64,000 nucleotides of DNA from an uncultured archaeon (GTDB taxonomy: Archaea > Asgardarchaeota > Thorarchaeia > Thorarchaeales > Thorarchaeaceae). Below are positions 29,008 to 38,287 of this stretch, one piece after another. Position numbers and translations under genes: made by a program. The stretch lies in NCBI GenBank assembly GCA_964631415.1, contig CAZVZC010000006.1, positions 12,319 through 76,318 on the forward strand. The letters are read 5' to 3'. The notes under the pieces were generated by a model. It made no database searches. It was given only the letters and a program-made list of their open reading frames with translations, and was not told the DNA's origin. Position 1 is the stretch's first letter, and every line of letters starts with the position of its first letter.

Positions 29008-29183
29008 ACAGCAGAATGTGACAGCGTGAACATGCAACTGTAAGGCCAAACGCAACCATGTCACTCTTCAGATGTCCAAGATTGCCCAACTTCTGGGCAG
29101 CTGTTAGCAGCCCGCCGACATATGCGGCCCTGCGTCATCTTAATCAGCCTGCTCGCTTCATCAGCGGCCGCGAGGATTGCGCG

Positions 29184-30125
29184 ATGAGTCAACTCCGATG
29201 GAACTCTATGTTGGGCGAATGGGTGATAGTCACGCCCAGACGAGCCGGAAGACCCTTTCAGGACAAGGACCGGGAATGCCCCTTCTGCCCGGGTCGGCCG
29301 GAAACAAGGGGTCCATGGAGGGTCCTGACGCTCGACAACAAGTTCTCTGCGCTGAATCCCGACGGAGGGCCGGTGGGCCTTCAGGAGGGCGTCGTAGTAG
29401 GGGCACCAGCTTATGGCTTCTGCAAGATCATCCTTCTGTCACGTGACCACAAGCAGCAGATCGAAACGATGGATGACACGCAGTTAGCACTCGTCTTCTC
29501 AGAGTATCTTCGCGTATTTTCCGAGTTGAGCAGCCAACCTGGTATCAAGTATGTAATGGAGTTCGAGAACAGAGGCAAAGCAATCGGAGTGAGCCTTGAC
29601 CATCCTCATGCCCAGGTCTACGCACTGCCTTTCGTACCTCCCCGAATACTCAAGGAGGCAGAACAATCAAAGATGCTTTGGGATTCCGAAGGCTCTTGCC
29701 TCATCTGCCAGACCATTGAGAAGGAGGTCAAGTCGGAAGATAGAGTCATCAAGCAGACAGAGAACTTCATTTCGCTTGTGCCCTATGCTGCCCGACTGCC
29801 GTATGAAACTCACATCTATCCGAAAACTCATGTTTCAAGTCTTGTCGAACTGAAGGTGCATCTCCTCGAACTTGGACAAGTCATCAGGGATGTGGTCCAG
29901 AGATACGCCGCGGTCTTTGATGAAGTCGACTATGTAATGGTGTTTCACACGCGACCGGGTGTGGGCGACCATCCGTATTGGCACTTCCATGTGGAACTCT
30001 ATCCACCGTGGCGGGACAGGAGCCGACTCAAGTATCTAGCGGGCATAGAAACTGGTGCTTGGACCTATACTAATGATTCCACACCTGAGGAGAAGGCAAG
30101 GGAGCTCAGGAGTGCCCTCTCATGA
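29184..30125 (+). CDS. galT: Galactose-1-phosphate uridylyltransferase
   Basis: LRWN...GEWV, CPFCPG, FENRG, HPHAQ catalytic motif. Probable ATG 29184. Confidence 0.92.
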   Translation: MSQLRWNSMLGEWVIVTPRRAGRPFQDKDRECPFCPGRPETRGPWRVLTLDNKFSALNPDGGPVGLQEGVVVGAPAYGFCKIILLSRDHKQQIETMDDTQLALVFSEYLRVFSELSSQPGIKYVMEFENRGKAIGVSLDHPHAQVYALPFVPPRILKEAEQSKMLWDSEGSCLICQTIEKEVKSEDRVIKQTENFISLVPYAARLPYETHIYPKTHVSSLVELKVHLLELGQVIRDVVQRYAAVFDEVDYVMVFHTRPGVGDHPYWHFHVELYPPWRDRSRLKYLAGIETGAWTYTNDSTPEEKARELRSALS

Positions 30126-31285
30126 TGCATGTCCCTGAGGGTATGCTCGACCGGCTTCGAGATATGGCCGGGCGCATTGCCACACCACCCCTGTTGTCGC
30201 GCGCACCTGGCAGGGTCGAAGTCTTGGGGAACCATACGGACTACAACGGGGGAATCGTCCTGGCCGCTACTATTGACAAGTTTGTCTGGTCACTTGGGAT
30301 TCCTGCAGAGGTCCCAACTATAGCCTCGGCAGACTACAATGAGTTGGCTTCCTTCTCTACAGAGGGTCTCACCCCCACAGGGATGCACAGGTGGTATGAC
30401 TACGCAAAAGGAGTGTACTGGGCACTTCTCAGACGAAAGCATCAGCCCATGGGAATCGCCGCAGTGGTACATGGCGACGTTCCTATCGGTGCAGGGCTGA
30501 GTTCCTCTGCCGCGTTCGAAGTTTCACTCACAAATCTTGTGACGCGAATCAGTGAACTCGACCTGAAACCCAAGGACAGCGCCATGGTCGCGTTCGAAGC
30601 AGAGCGCCTATACTGTGGTGTGGCATGCGGTGTGATGGACCAGTTCACATCACAGCTAGGGAAACCAGATTCCTTACTGGCGATATTCTGCTCAACGCTT
30701 GAAACCCGGGATATTCCTCTCAGCGGCGATGTGAGCCTTGTCATAACGGACTCCATGATTTCCAGATCTGCTGGTGATGCACTGAACCAGCGAATGGCTG
30801 AGTGTCAGGCTGCCCTCAAGACACTCAGACAAGCAGGTTGGCAGATATCAAGCCTGAGCGACGTGACCAGTGATCGCCTAAAATCTGCGGACAGTGTGCT
30901 TGAGGACAAGCTGGCGAAACGTGTACGTCATGTGGTCACTGAGAACGAGCGCGTCCTCCTTGGCATGAAAGCACTTCAAGAGGGAAGGGTCAGAGACTTC
31001 GGCAAGATGATGTATGAGTCTCACAATAGCTCTCGGGACCTGTATGGTGTGTCCCATCCTCGCCTAGATCTCTTGGTGGACATTGCCAAAAGACAGAAAG
31101 GGGTCATAGGCAGCAGAATGACGGGGGCCGGACTGGGTGGCGCAGTACTTAGCTTGGTTGAGAACAAGCAGGTTTCTCAGTTCATCAAGCACATGACTGC
31201 CGAGTATGGTAAGGAAACAGGACAGATACCTAAGATAATGACATGCAAGGTGCCCGGTGGGGTAACAGTCGAGCCTGTGCCATAG
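30122..31285 (+). CDS. galK: Galactokinase (GHMP kinase)
   Basis: APGRV...GNHTDYNGG, GAGLSSSAA, CGVMDQ, GSRMTGAGLGG; ATGA overlap with galT. Confidence 0.88.
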   Translation: MMHVPEGMLDRLRDMAGRIATPPLLSRAPGRVEVLGNHTDYNGGIVLAATIDKFVWSLGIPAEVPTIASADYNELASFSTEGLTPTGMHRWYDYAKGVYWALLRRKHQPMGIAAVVHGDVPIGAGLSSSAAFEVSLTNLVTRISELDLKPKDSAMVAFEAERLYCGVACGVMDQFTSQLGKPDSLLAIFCSTLETRDIPLSGDVSLVITDSMISRSAGDALNQRMAECQAALKTLRQAGWQISSLSDVTSDRLKSADSVLEDKLAKRVRHVVTENERVLLGMKALQEGRVRDFGKMMYESHNSSRDLYGVSHPRLDLLVDIAKRQKGVIGSRMTGAGLGGAVLSLVENKQVSQFIKHMTAEYGKETGQIPKIMTCKVPGGVTVEPVP

Positions 31286-31326
31286 CTTCATGAAGGGCAT
31301 GTTTCATATCGACCTTTCGAACTCGG

Positions 31327-34290
31327 ATGGGCGATAACAACATGACAGGGGCCACACCTTTGAAGCCGGATGGAACAGAAGCGATAGTGATCAGTGAAAC
31401 ACACTGGGATAGGGCTTGGTATCTGCCTTTCCAGCAGTTCAGGCTGAAGCTTGTGAGGCTGGTTGACAACCTGTTTCGGATACTGGAGAAAGATCCCGAG
31501 TTCACGCACTTCACATTCGACGGGCAGACTGTGGTGTTGGAGGACTACCTTGAAGTGAAGCCGCAGGAACGTAGCAGACTAGAGAATCTCGTTCGCGATG
31601 GCAGGATTGGTGTAGGCCCGTGGTATGTCCTCCCAGATGTGTTTCTGGTTTCAGGTGAGGCACTCATCAGGAATCTCATGGTAGGTCGAGAGATAGCCCA
31701 ACAGTTCGGGAGGGTGATCGATGTTGGCTACATTCCAGACCCATTCGGCCACGTAAGTCAACTTCCACAGGTACTGCTGCAATTCGGCTATGACTCGGTC
31801 ATATTCGCCCGAGGGACGGGAAATGAGATGGACGGTCTTGGCTCTGAATTCATCTGGGAGTCCAGTGACGGGAGTGAAATACTGGCACACTGGCTACCCG
31901 AGTCGTATGGCAACATTGCCAACCTGCCCGAAGAGGTGGATGATGCCGTCACAGTTATAGAACAGGTCATGGAGAAGCTCCGGCCCTGGTCACGGATCGG
32001 CATTTGCCTGTTGATGAATGGGTCAGACCATCTCGAAGCTCAACCACACTTGCCGAGAGTGATACAGGCCTACAACAAGAAACATGACAAGAAGATAGTT
32101 CTCAGTACGTTGCCAGCGTTCGTCGAGTGCATGCGCCAGCACAGACAGCAGCTCAAGAAGTACAGAGGAGAGTTCAGGCGCTCCAAGCATCAGAACCTCC
32201 TGTCAGGTGTCTATTCGGCCAGGGTCTATCTGAAGCAGGCGAATGATAGGACTGAGAGGCTGCTTGAGAGGTGGGTCGAGCCTTGGTGTGCTGCAGCCCA
32301 AGTCCTAGGCATGAGATACCCGCTTGATGAGATTGGACTAGCTTGGAAATACCTGCTAAGAAACCATCCGCACGATGACATCTGTGGCTGCAGCATTGAC
32401 CCGGTCCATGAGGACATGATGCAGAGATTCAGATGGACAACAGAGGTGGGTGAGGCACTACTCGATAGGGCCTTTGACACCATCACGGGTAAGTGCCAGA
32501 GTGGAACTCGAGGCCTAGTGGTTCTCAACCCACTGCCGTACATGAGATCCGGCGTGGCTGTTCTAGAAGCCGCTGTTTCGGACATCCGCTTTTCAAAGCT
32601 GGCAAAGGTCCAGATATTCAATCCATCACTCAAGCCGAAGGATGCATTGGAGGCCGCCAAGAACGAACTTCACATATCATTCGTTAGGAGCCAAGGATAC
32701 GATCCCACCCCCGATGCCACGAGAGAAGTGAAGGCCACAACCGGAACACTCACTGAGTTCGAGTTCAACTTCACGGGCATGATGACACTGTTCCCTCAGG
32801 TCAAGGACATGCTACGACATTTGTCCACGGTCTATAGGATAAGGGTGAACTCCAGAAACGAGGTGGTTGAGGTCTGGGCTCACAAGTTCGACGCTGAAGA
32901 CACCATGGGCGGCGTCTTGTCATTCAAGGATGAGCGCGGAAAGCCAGTTCTTGTTCAGGAGATTGGGTCGGAGGTGCGCAAGGATGACAAGGCCCATCTG
33001 GTCGCAGACTACGAGGAGTTCACAAGGATCGCAATATGGGCAGAGAATGTCCAAGGGCTGGGAGCGAAGCGATATGACCTCTTACTATCAGAGAAGGAAA
33101 CCAGTACGAAACCAGTTGGGGCAGTCCGTTGCAGCGAGAACATGATTGAGAACGATTTGGTGCGTGTGAGCATTCTCAAGAATGGGACAATGACCATCAT
33201 TGACAAGCGTGCTGGTGAGGAGTATAGGGGGCTCCTCGAGTTCGAGGACAGTGAAGATGTCGGGGACGAGTATGACTACTGCCCTTCGTATGTTCACAAG
33301 AGCGTCAGGTCGGGACCATCTCAGTTCGTTGTTCAACCAATTCTGAAAGGCCCACTCATGGGAAGTCTACGTGTCAAAGGTCAACTCATACTGCCTGTGT
33401 CCGCCACGTCCGACTCGACAGCACGATCCGAAGAAACTGTCGCTTGTGACTTCACAACTGAAGTCACTATACAGATCGGCAGTCCGACGGTCCGCATCGT
33501 CACAGACTTCAGGAATCTGGCGAAAGACCACAGACTCCGTGTGCTCTTCCCGAGCGGGACTGGTTCCAAGAACTGTCAGGCAGACAGCACATTCGATGTG
33601 GTCGAGAGACCAATCAGGCCGAAACCGTCAGTAGGTTGGCATCAGCCTGTCGCACCCACATACCCGTTGAGGAACTTTGTGACTATGTCATCAGAGAAGA
33701 GAGGGCTGACAGTTACAACGACGGGGATGATGGAGTTCGAGGTTCTTGAGGAACAGGAGGGGACAATAGCCGTTACACTTCTGAGATGTGTCGGCTGGCT
33801 GTCAACAGTCGGGATGCAGACAAGACCAGAGGCTGCAGGACCTGTCTTGGAAACGCTAGGAGGACAGTGTGTGGGGGAGCATCGATTCACCTATGCAGTC
33901 ACTCCTCACAAAGGCGACTGGCTGAGCGGCGCATCACACAGCGAGTCAGAATCTTTCCTCCTCCCTATGAGCACTAGGCTCGTGCCAGCAACAGAGAACG
34001 CACACGGTGTCTACGAACAAGGCTTCGTGACTATCGAGCCGAAGACAATCAAGCTGTCAGCGTTCAAGGAATCACAAGACCGGAAGCACTTGGTGTTGCG
34101 TCTTTGGAACATCGCTGACAAGCCTGAGAAATGCCGAGTTCGTTTGGGATTTCCAGTCAAGACAGCAATCGGAACTCGTGCAGATGAGACTCCTGACAAA
34201 GCAATGACAGTGCTGACCAAGGATTCTCACACGTTGGAGTTCACTGTTCACCCAAAGAGGATAGCAACGATTCTGTTGGAGTGCGAGTGA
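31327..34290 (+). CDS. Glycoside hydrolase family 38 (alpha-mannosidase / MngB-like)
   Basis: ETHWDRAWY, DGQT, GPWY, PDPFGH, NGSDH, HDDICGCS, TLLRCVG. Confidence 0.92.
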   Translation: MGDNNMTGATPLKPDGTEAIVISETHWDRAWYLPFQQFRLKLVRLVDNLFRILEKDPEFTHFTFDGQTVVLEDYLEVKPQERSRLENLVRDGRIGVGPWYVLPDVFLVSGEALIRNLMVGREIAQQFGRVIDVGYIPDPFGHVSQLPQVLLQFGYDSVIFARGTGNEMDGLGSEFIWESSDGSEILAHWLPESYGNIANLPEEVDDAVTVIEQVMEKLRPWSRIGICLLMNGSDHLEAQPHLPRVIQAYNKKHDKKIVLSTLPAFVECMRQHRQQLKKYRGEFRRSKHQNLLSGVYSARVYLKQANDRTERLLERWVEPWCAAAQVLGMRYPLDEIGLAWKYLLRNHPHDDICGCSIDPVHEDMMQRFRWTTEVGEALLDRAFDTITGKCQSGTRGLVVLNPLPYMRSGVAVLEAAVSDIRFSKLAKVQIFNPSLKPKDALEAAKNELHISFVRSQGYDPTPDATREVKATTGTLTEFEFNFTGMMTLFPQVKDMLRHLSTVYRIRVNSRNEVVEVWAHKFDAEDTMGGVLSFKDERGKPVLVQEIGSEVRKDDKAHLVADYEEFTRIAIWAENVQGLGAKRYDLLLSEKETSTKPVGAVRCSENMIENDLVRVSILKNGTMTIIDKRAGEEYRGLLEFEDSEDVGDEYDYCPSYVHKSVRSGPSQFVVQPILKGPLMGSLRVKGQLILPVSATSDSTARSEETVACDFTTEVTIQIGSPTVRIVTDFRNLAKDHRLRVLFPSGTGSKNCQADSTFDVVERPIRPKPSVGWHQPVAPTYPLRNFVTMSSEKRGLTVTTTGMMEFEVLEEQEGTIAVTLLRCVGWLSTVGMQTRPEAAGPVLETLGGQCVGEHRFTYAVTPHKGDWLSGASHSESESFLLPMSTRLVPATENAHGVYEQGFVTIEPKTIKLSAFKESQDRKHLVLRLWNIADKPEKCRVRLGFPVKTAIGTRADETPDKAMTVLTKDSHTLEFTVHPKRIATILLECE

Positions 34291-34330
34291 TTGGGGGCTG
34301 GCACAGCCTCCAGACAACCATCACGTATCG

Positions 34331-34993
34331 TTATGGGAGGTTCTTGAAGACCAGACAATAGCTGTGGTCATAGCCATAACCGTATGTGCCGCAGCCATTG
34401 TCCTGCCCTTCCCAACCTACCACGACCTCTCCCTCGAAGTAGAACAGTCGAGAGATCTCCCGTGCGACATCCCATGCGAAAAGCGTGACCTCACCGCGTT
34501 TCAGGTTCGAGGCCTCTATCACTACGCGCCCGTGCGGCTTGAGGACCTTCTTGACCTTTGTGTAGACTCTGCCTAGGTCCCGGAGGTAGGAGGCATAGTC
34601 CCCATCAGTCCTCGAACAAGTAAGAGGATTCATCCCATCATCCCGGTTCATGTAGGGCGGTGAACTCATGGCGAAGTCGATCCTCGGCAGTCCGTACGAG
34701 TCTAGCCTGAGGGCATCACCTTGGATCACGTTGGACTTGTGTTGCACCTGTGACCTGATGAACTCGAAACGACTCCCGTCGAGCTCGATGCCGTAAGGGA
34801 CCCGTCCCATCTCTTCTGCGACCAACATAGTTGTGCCCAGTCCTGCGAACAGATCCAAGACCGTATCTCCGGGTTCTGTATACTTGTCAAGGAAGTACTC
34901 AACGATTGCGTCAGGGTGACGATTGTCCTGCGACTGGAACTCAGGTGGGAGCAACCGCTTCTGAATTCTCTTGAGTACAATGTAGGTTCTCAT
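34331..34993 (-). CDS. SAM-dependent amino-methyltransferase (N4/N6 DNA methylase or Trm11-like), orphan
   Basis: Motif I VLDLFAGLGTT and motif IV SSPPY; no adjacent endonuclease. Confidence 0.8.
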   Translation of the reverse strand: MRTYIVLKRIQKRLLPPEFQSQDNRHPDAIVEYFLDKYTEPGDTVLDLFAGLGTTMLVAEEMGRVPYGIELDGSRFEFIRSQVQHKSNVIQGDALRLDSYGLPRIDFAMSSPPYMNRDDGMNPLTCSRTDGDYASYLRDLGRVYTKVKKVLKPHGRVVIEASNLKRGEVTLFAWDVAREISRLFYFEGEVVVGWEGQDNGCGTYGYGYDHSYCLVFKNLP

Positions 34994-35025
34994 AGGCTCC
35001 CGTCCGCTAGATAGCACAACAACGA

Positions 35026-36612
35026 CTACTGAATCCTCGCATAGCCCTTCTTGATGATTGTATCTACGGCCTCATTCGACTGGTTCGGATAGTCCTTGTT
35101 GAAGTGTGCCCCTCGACTCTCTCGCCGCATCCTCGCGGATCTTATTATGAGCTCGGCCACAGCCGCGATGTTACGAAGCTCAATGAGGTCAGGAGTGATT
35201 CTGAAGTCCCAGTAGAACTGTTCAATCTCCTTTGAGATGAATTCTATCCTATTCCTAGCACGCGTGAGCCTCTTGTTGGAACGAACAATTCCAACGTAGT
35301 TTTGCATGACACGCCTCACCTCGTCCCACATGTGCGTGATCACGACTAACTCATCAGGATCAGCGGCTTGTCCCGGATCCCAGGGCGGAATGTCTGTGTC
35401 AAGACGCTGCTTAGCTATGAACTCTGATGCCGCCACTGAGGCATTGTGGGCCAAGACTGCACCCTCGAGCAACGAGTTCGAGGCTAACCTGTTCGCGCCA
35501 TGGAAGCCAGTGCCAGCAGTTTCTCCGACTGCAAAGAGGCCCTCGACATCTGAGCGACCGCTCATGTCGACACGCACTCCGCCGCATAGATAGTGTGCCG
35601 CAGGGACAACCGGTATTGGCTCCTTGGTAATGTCGATGCCTGCCTTCATGCAGGTTTCATAGATTGCAGGAAAACGGTCCTTGATGAACGCTGCATCTTT
35701 GAAGGAGATGTCAAGGAGTACATACTCGGCCCCTGTACGCTTGAGCTCATTGTCTATAGCACGTGCAACCACGTCGCGTGGCGCCAGCTCGGCATCAGGG
35801 TGATATCTTGGCATGAATCGCTTGCCATCAAGGCCCAAGAGGACTGCGCCCTCGCCCCTGAGAGCCTCAGAGATGAGGAATGATCTAATCTTGGGATGGT
35901 AGAGAAGCGTTGGATGAAACTGGATGAATTCCATGTTCGTTATCGTGGCACCTGCCCTATACGCCATGGCCACGCCGTCCCCTGTGGCCGTGTCGGGATT
36001 GCTTGTATACAGAAACACCTTTCCTGCTCCGCCAGTCGCCAGGACTGTCGCTTTGGCTGCAAACCTCCGAATACGGCCAGACTTGACATCCAGCACATAA
36101 GCTCCTATGGCGCGGTTATTGCTGACCACTAGGTTAACAGCCATGTGCTGCTCGAATAGAGTGACTCTGGAATCCTCGCGTACTCTTTTGGCCAGAGTGA
36201 CTTCAATGTCCTGTCCAGTGTGATCCTTCACGTGTAGAACTCTACGGTTGCTGTGACCGCCTTCCAGTGCCAACTCATATTCTGTCGTTTCTGATTCTTT
36301 GTTGAACTGCACACCCAGTTTGACAATCTCGGAGATTCTGGCAGGGGCTGCCTTGACAAAGGCTTCCACAACGTCACGATGACAAATGCCAGCTCCAGCG
36401 CGGATCGTGTCTTCAATATGACGCTCAAAGGAGTCACCGGTTGAAACCACCGCGGCGATTCCACCCTGAGCCAGATAAGTGGCAGAGTCCGTGAGAGAAC
36501 GTTTTGTCACCAAGTTCACGGTGCCCCGCTTCGAAGCCTTTAGTGAGAAAAGCAGACCTGAGATGCCGCTGCCAATCACAAGGAAGTCGGACGTTTGTAG
36601 ATCATTATCCAT
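35026..36612 (-). CDS. nadB: L-aspartate oxidase
   Basis: IGSGISG, AQGGIAAV, EGGHS, QFHPT, SEALRGEG, ELAPRDVVAR, HYLCGG, GANRLASNSL, ESRGAH. Confidence 0.95.
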   Translation of the reverse strand: MDNDLQTSDFLVIGSGISGLLFSLKASKRGTVNLVTKRSLTDSATYLAQGGIAAVVSTGDSFERHIEDTIRAGAGICHRDVVEAFVKAAPARISEIVKLGVQFNKESETTEYELALEGGHSNRRVLHVKDHTGQDIEVTLAKRVREDSRVTLFEQHMAVNLVVSNNRAIGAYVLDVKSGRIRRFAAKATVLATGGAGKVFLYTSNPDTATGDGVAMAYRAGATITNMEFIQFHPTLLYHPKIRSFLISEALRGEGAVLLGLDGKRFMPRYHPDAELAPRDVVARAIDNELKRTGAEYVLLDISFKDAAFIKDRFPAIYETCMKAGIDITKEPIPVVPAAHYLCGGVRVDMSGRSDVEGLFAVGETAGTGFHGANRLASNSLLEGAVLAHNASVAASEFIAKQRLDTDIPPWDPGQAADPDELVVITHMWDEVRRVMQNYVGIVRSNKRLTRARNRIEFISKEIEQFYWDFRITPDLIELRNIAAVAELIIRSARMRRESRGAHFNKDYPNQSNEAVDTIIKKGYARIQ

Positions 36613-36717
36613 GTGCGAACCTTCCCCAGTCATGAATCAATCCTGACATATCGCTCACTCTGACCAGAAAGACATAATCGGGGCTTCTTCTTTGACAACT
36701 GGTACTCGCCTTGAGCG

Positions 36718-37443
36718 ATGGACATGGACGGGCATGCCGTGAAGACCTGTGTCGAATGTAAGGCTTTTGGCAGAACGAACCCAGAGCAGACAGTGTATCC
36801 TTGCGGGCTCTGTGGTCAGCCAAGGTGCGAGAATCACAGCATATGGGTTGCAGCACATGAGCTGGAGCAACCCATTCAGACTGCTAGGTTGGCTCTGAGC
36901 CTTGTAACGGAGCACTCTCAGCAGGACCCATGGTACACCTTCTGCGGACGCATGTCACACATCCCAGAGGGTATCTCTATCAGACATGGGGAGGGAAGGA
37001 AGGTGGGAAGGATGGTCGAGGAGGTTCCGGAGGATGGACGCAAGCCGGGACTTGGAATGTTCAGTAGATGGCAGGTCGGTATTGTTGAAGATGGCTACGA
37101 GAAACGTTGGGTCCCACAGCACTTCACGCCTGCCTGCGCTCTTGCACCACTCATGACACTAGTCGCCCGGCTCAGTCAGGAAGAGGGCCCGCCTCAGAAG
37201 ATTCTGAGAAGATTGTATGACTCGGGCATCGGGCCGACCGCTGTCAAGAGGCCTATACTCATCAAGACTACCTTCAAGGACCTCGAAGCACGAGTCGGCA
37301 GCGCTCAGGACTCGTCAGAAATCATCAAGTACATCTGTTCGAGATGCGGTGTCGTGATTTGCCTGAACAGACATTCGCCCTTCCACGAAGAGGAGATGTT
37401 TGCCAGACTGGTGAAGAAACCCGAAACGGTTCTACGCATGTGA
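36718..37443 (+). CDS. Hypothetical protein with N-terminal AN1/B-box-like zinc finger
   Basis: CVEC...CGLCGQPRCENH; a second Cys cluster CSRCGVVIC near the C-terminus. Confidence 0.65.
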   Translation: MDMDGHAVKTCVECKAFGRTNPEQTVYPCGLCGQPRCENHSIWVAAHELEQPIQTARLALSLVTEHSQQDPWYTFCGRMSHIPEGISIRHGEGRKVGRMVEEVPEDGRKPGLGMFSRWQVGIVEDGYEKRWVPQHFTPACALAPLMTLVARLSQEEGPPQKILRRLYDSGIGPTAVKRPILIKTTFKDLEARVGSAQDSSEIIKYICSRCGVVICLNRHSPFHEEEMFARLVKKPETVLRM

Positions 37444-37530
37444 GAAGGAAATCATGAGGGCCGAAGACGTCTGGCACTGAATCCTCTCATGATCAGGAGC
37501 TCAATCCCGAAATCAAACAGGTGAGCCGCT

Positions 37531-38199
37531 TCAGCCGATTGAGGTCCCACAATATGTGCAGGTTGCGAGCTTGCCCTTCCTGACTAGCTCCGCTTGTGCT
37601 GGTGGTAGCTTGGCAGCGCACATTGGACACAGCCAGATTCTCATGTCCTTGCCGGGCGGGCTGGTGGAATCGCCGCCTATGTCGGCCAATGCTCTCTCAG
37701 CCCAAGAAGCGAAATTGGGCTGATCGACGGCGTGAAAATCGGATGCAGCGGCTTTCAGGAGAGTCTGAGCATCTCCGATCTGTCCCATACCCCTGTATGC
37801 AGTCGCGAGGCCAAGAGCATTCCACGCTGTGTACCACTTGCTAGCTGCCTTCTTTGCGAGGTCTAGGCCCGCCTTGAATGCACCTACAGCCGATGGATAG
37901 TCCATCTTTCGCAGTGCCATTTGGCCAAAACCCCACTGGGCTGCAGACTGATGCAACGGACTTGCGGTTCCCACAGCGTCCCTTCTCAGCTCCTCGTAGA
38001 GCTTGCCAGCCTTGGAGAAGTCCCGGGCATTCAGGGCACAGTCAGCCATAACACGAAGAGCCTCAATCGCCCTGTCGTTCTGACCTCTCTTCAGGAAGAG
38101 TTTCCTTGCTTCCTCTGCCTTCTTGAGCCCTTTGTCGAACTTCGAGGCACTGTGCATCTGCACTGCCTCCTGTATTAGTTGCTCTGGATCGGTTGGCAT
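37531..38199 (-). CDS. TPR-like helical repeat protein with C-terminal zinc ribbon
   Basis: Ala-rich helical pairs; CPMC...CTYCG. Confidence 0.75.
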   Translation of the reverse strand: MPTDPEQLIQEAVQMHSASKFDKGLKKAEEARKLFLKRGQNDRAIEALRVMADCALNARDFSKAGKLYEELRRDAVGTASPLHQSAAQWGFGQMALRKMDYPSAVGAFKAGLDLAKKAASKWYTAWNALGLATAYRGMGQIGDAQTLLKAAASDFHAVDQPNFASWAERALADIGGDSTSPPGKDMRIWLCPMCAAKLPPAQAELVRKGKLATCTYCGTSIG

Positions 38200-38287
38200 G
38201 GGCAGTGATTTGGTCTACTCCGATATAAGCCAGTTGCCATCTCGCTTCCGGCAATGTGGGCTCTTGAAAACGACTACAATCTCGAGG

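Noticed and set aside
34331-34993. Restriction-modification or other defence island
   Set aside because: No nuclease, specificity subunit or mobility genes are adjacent; the flanks are metabolic genes.
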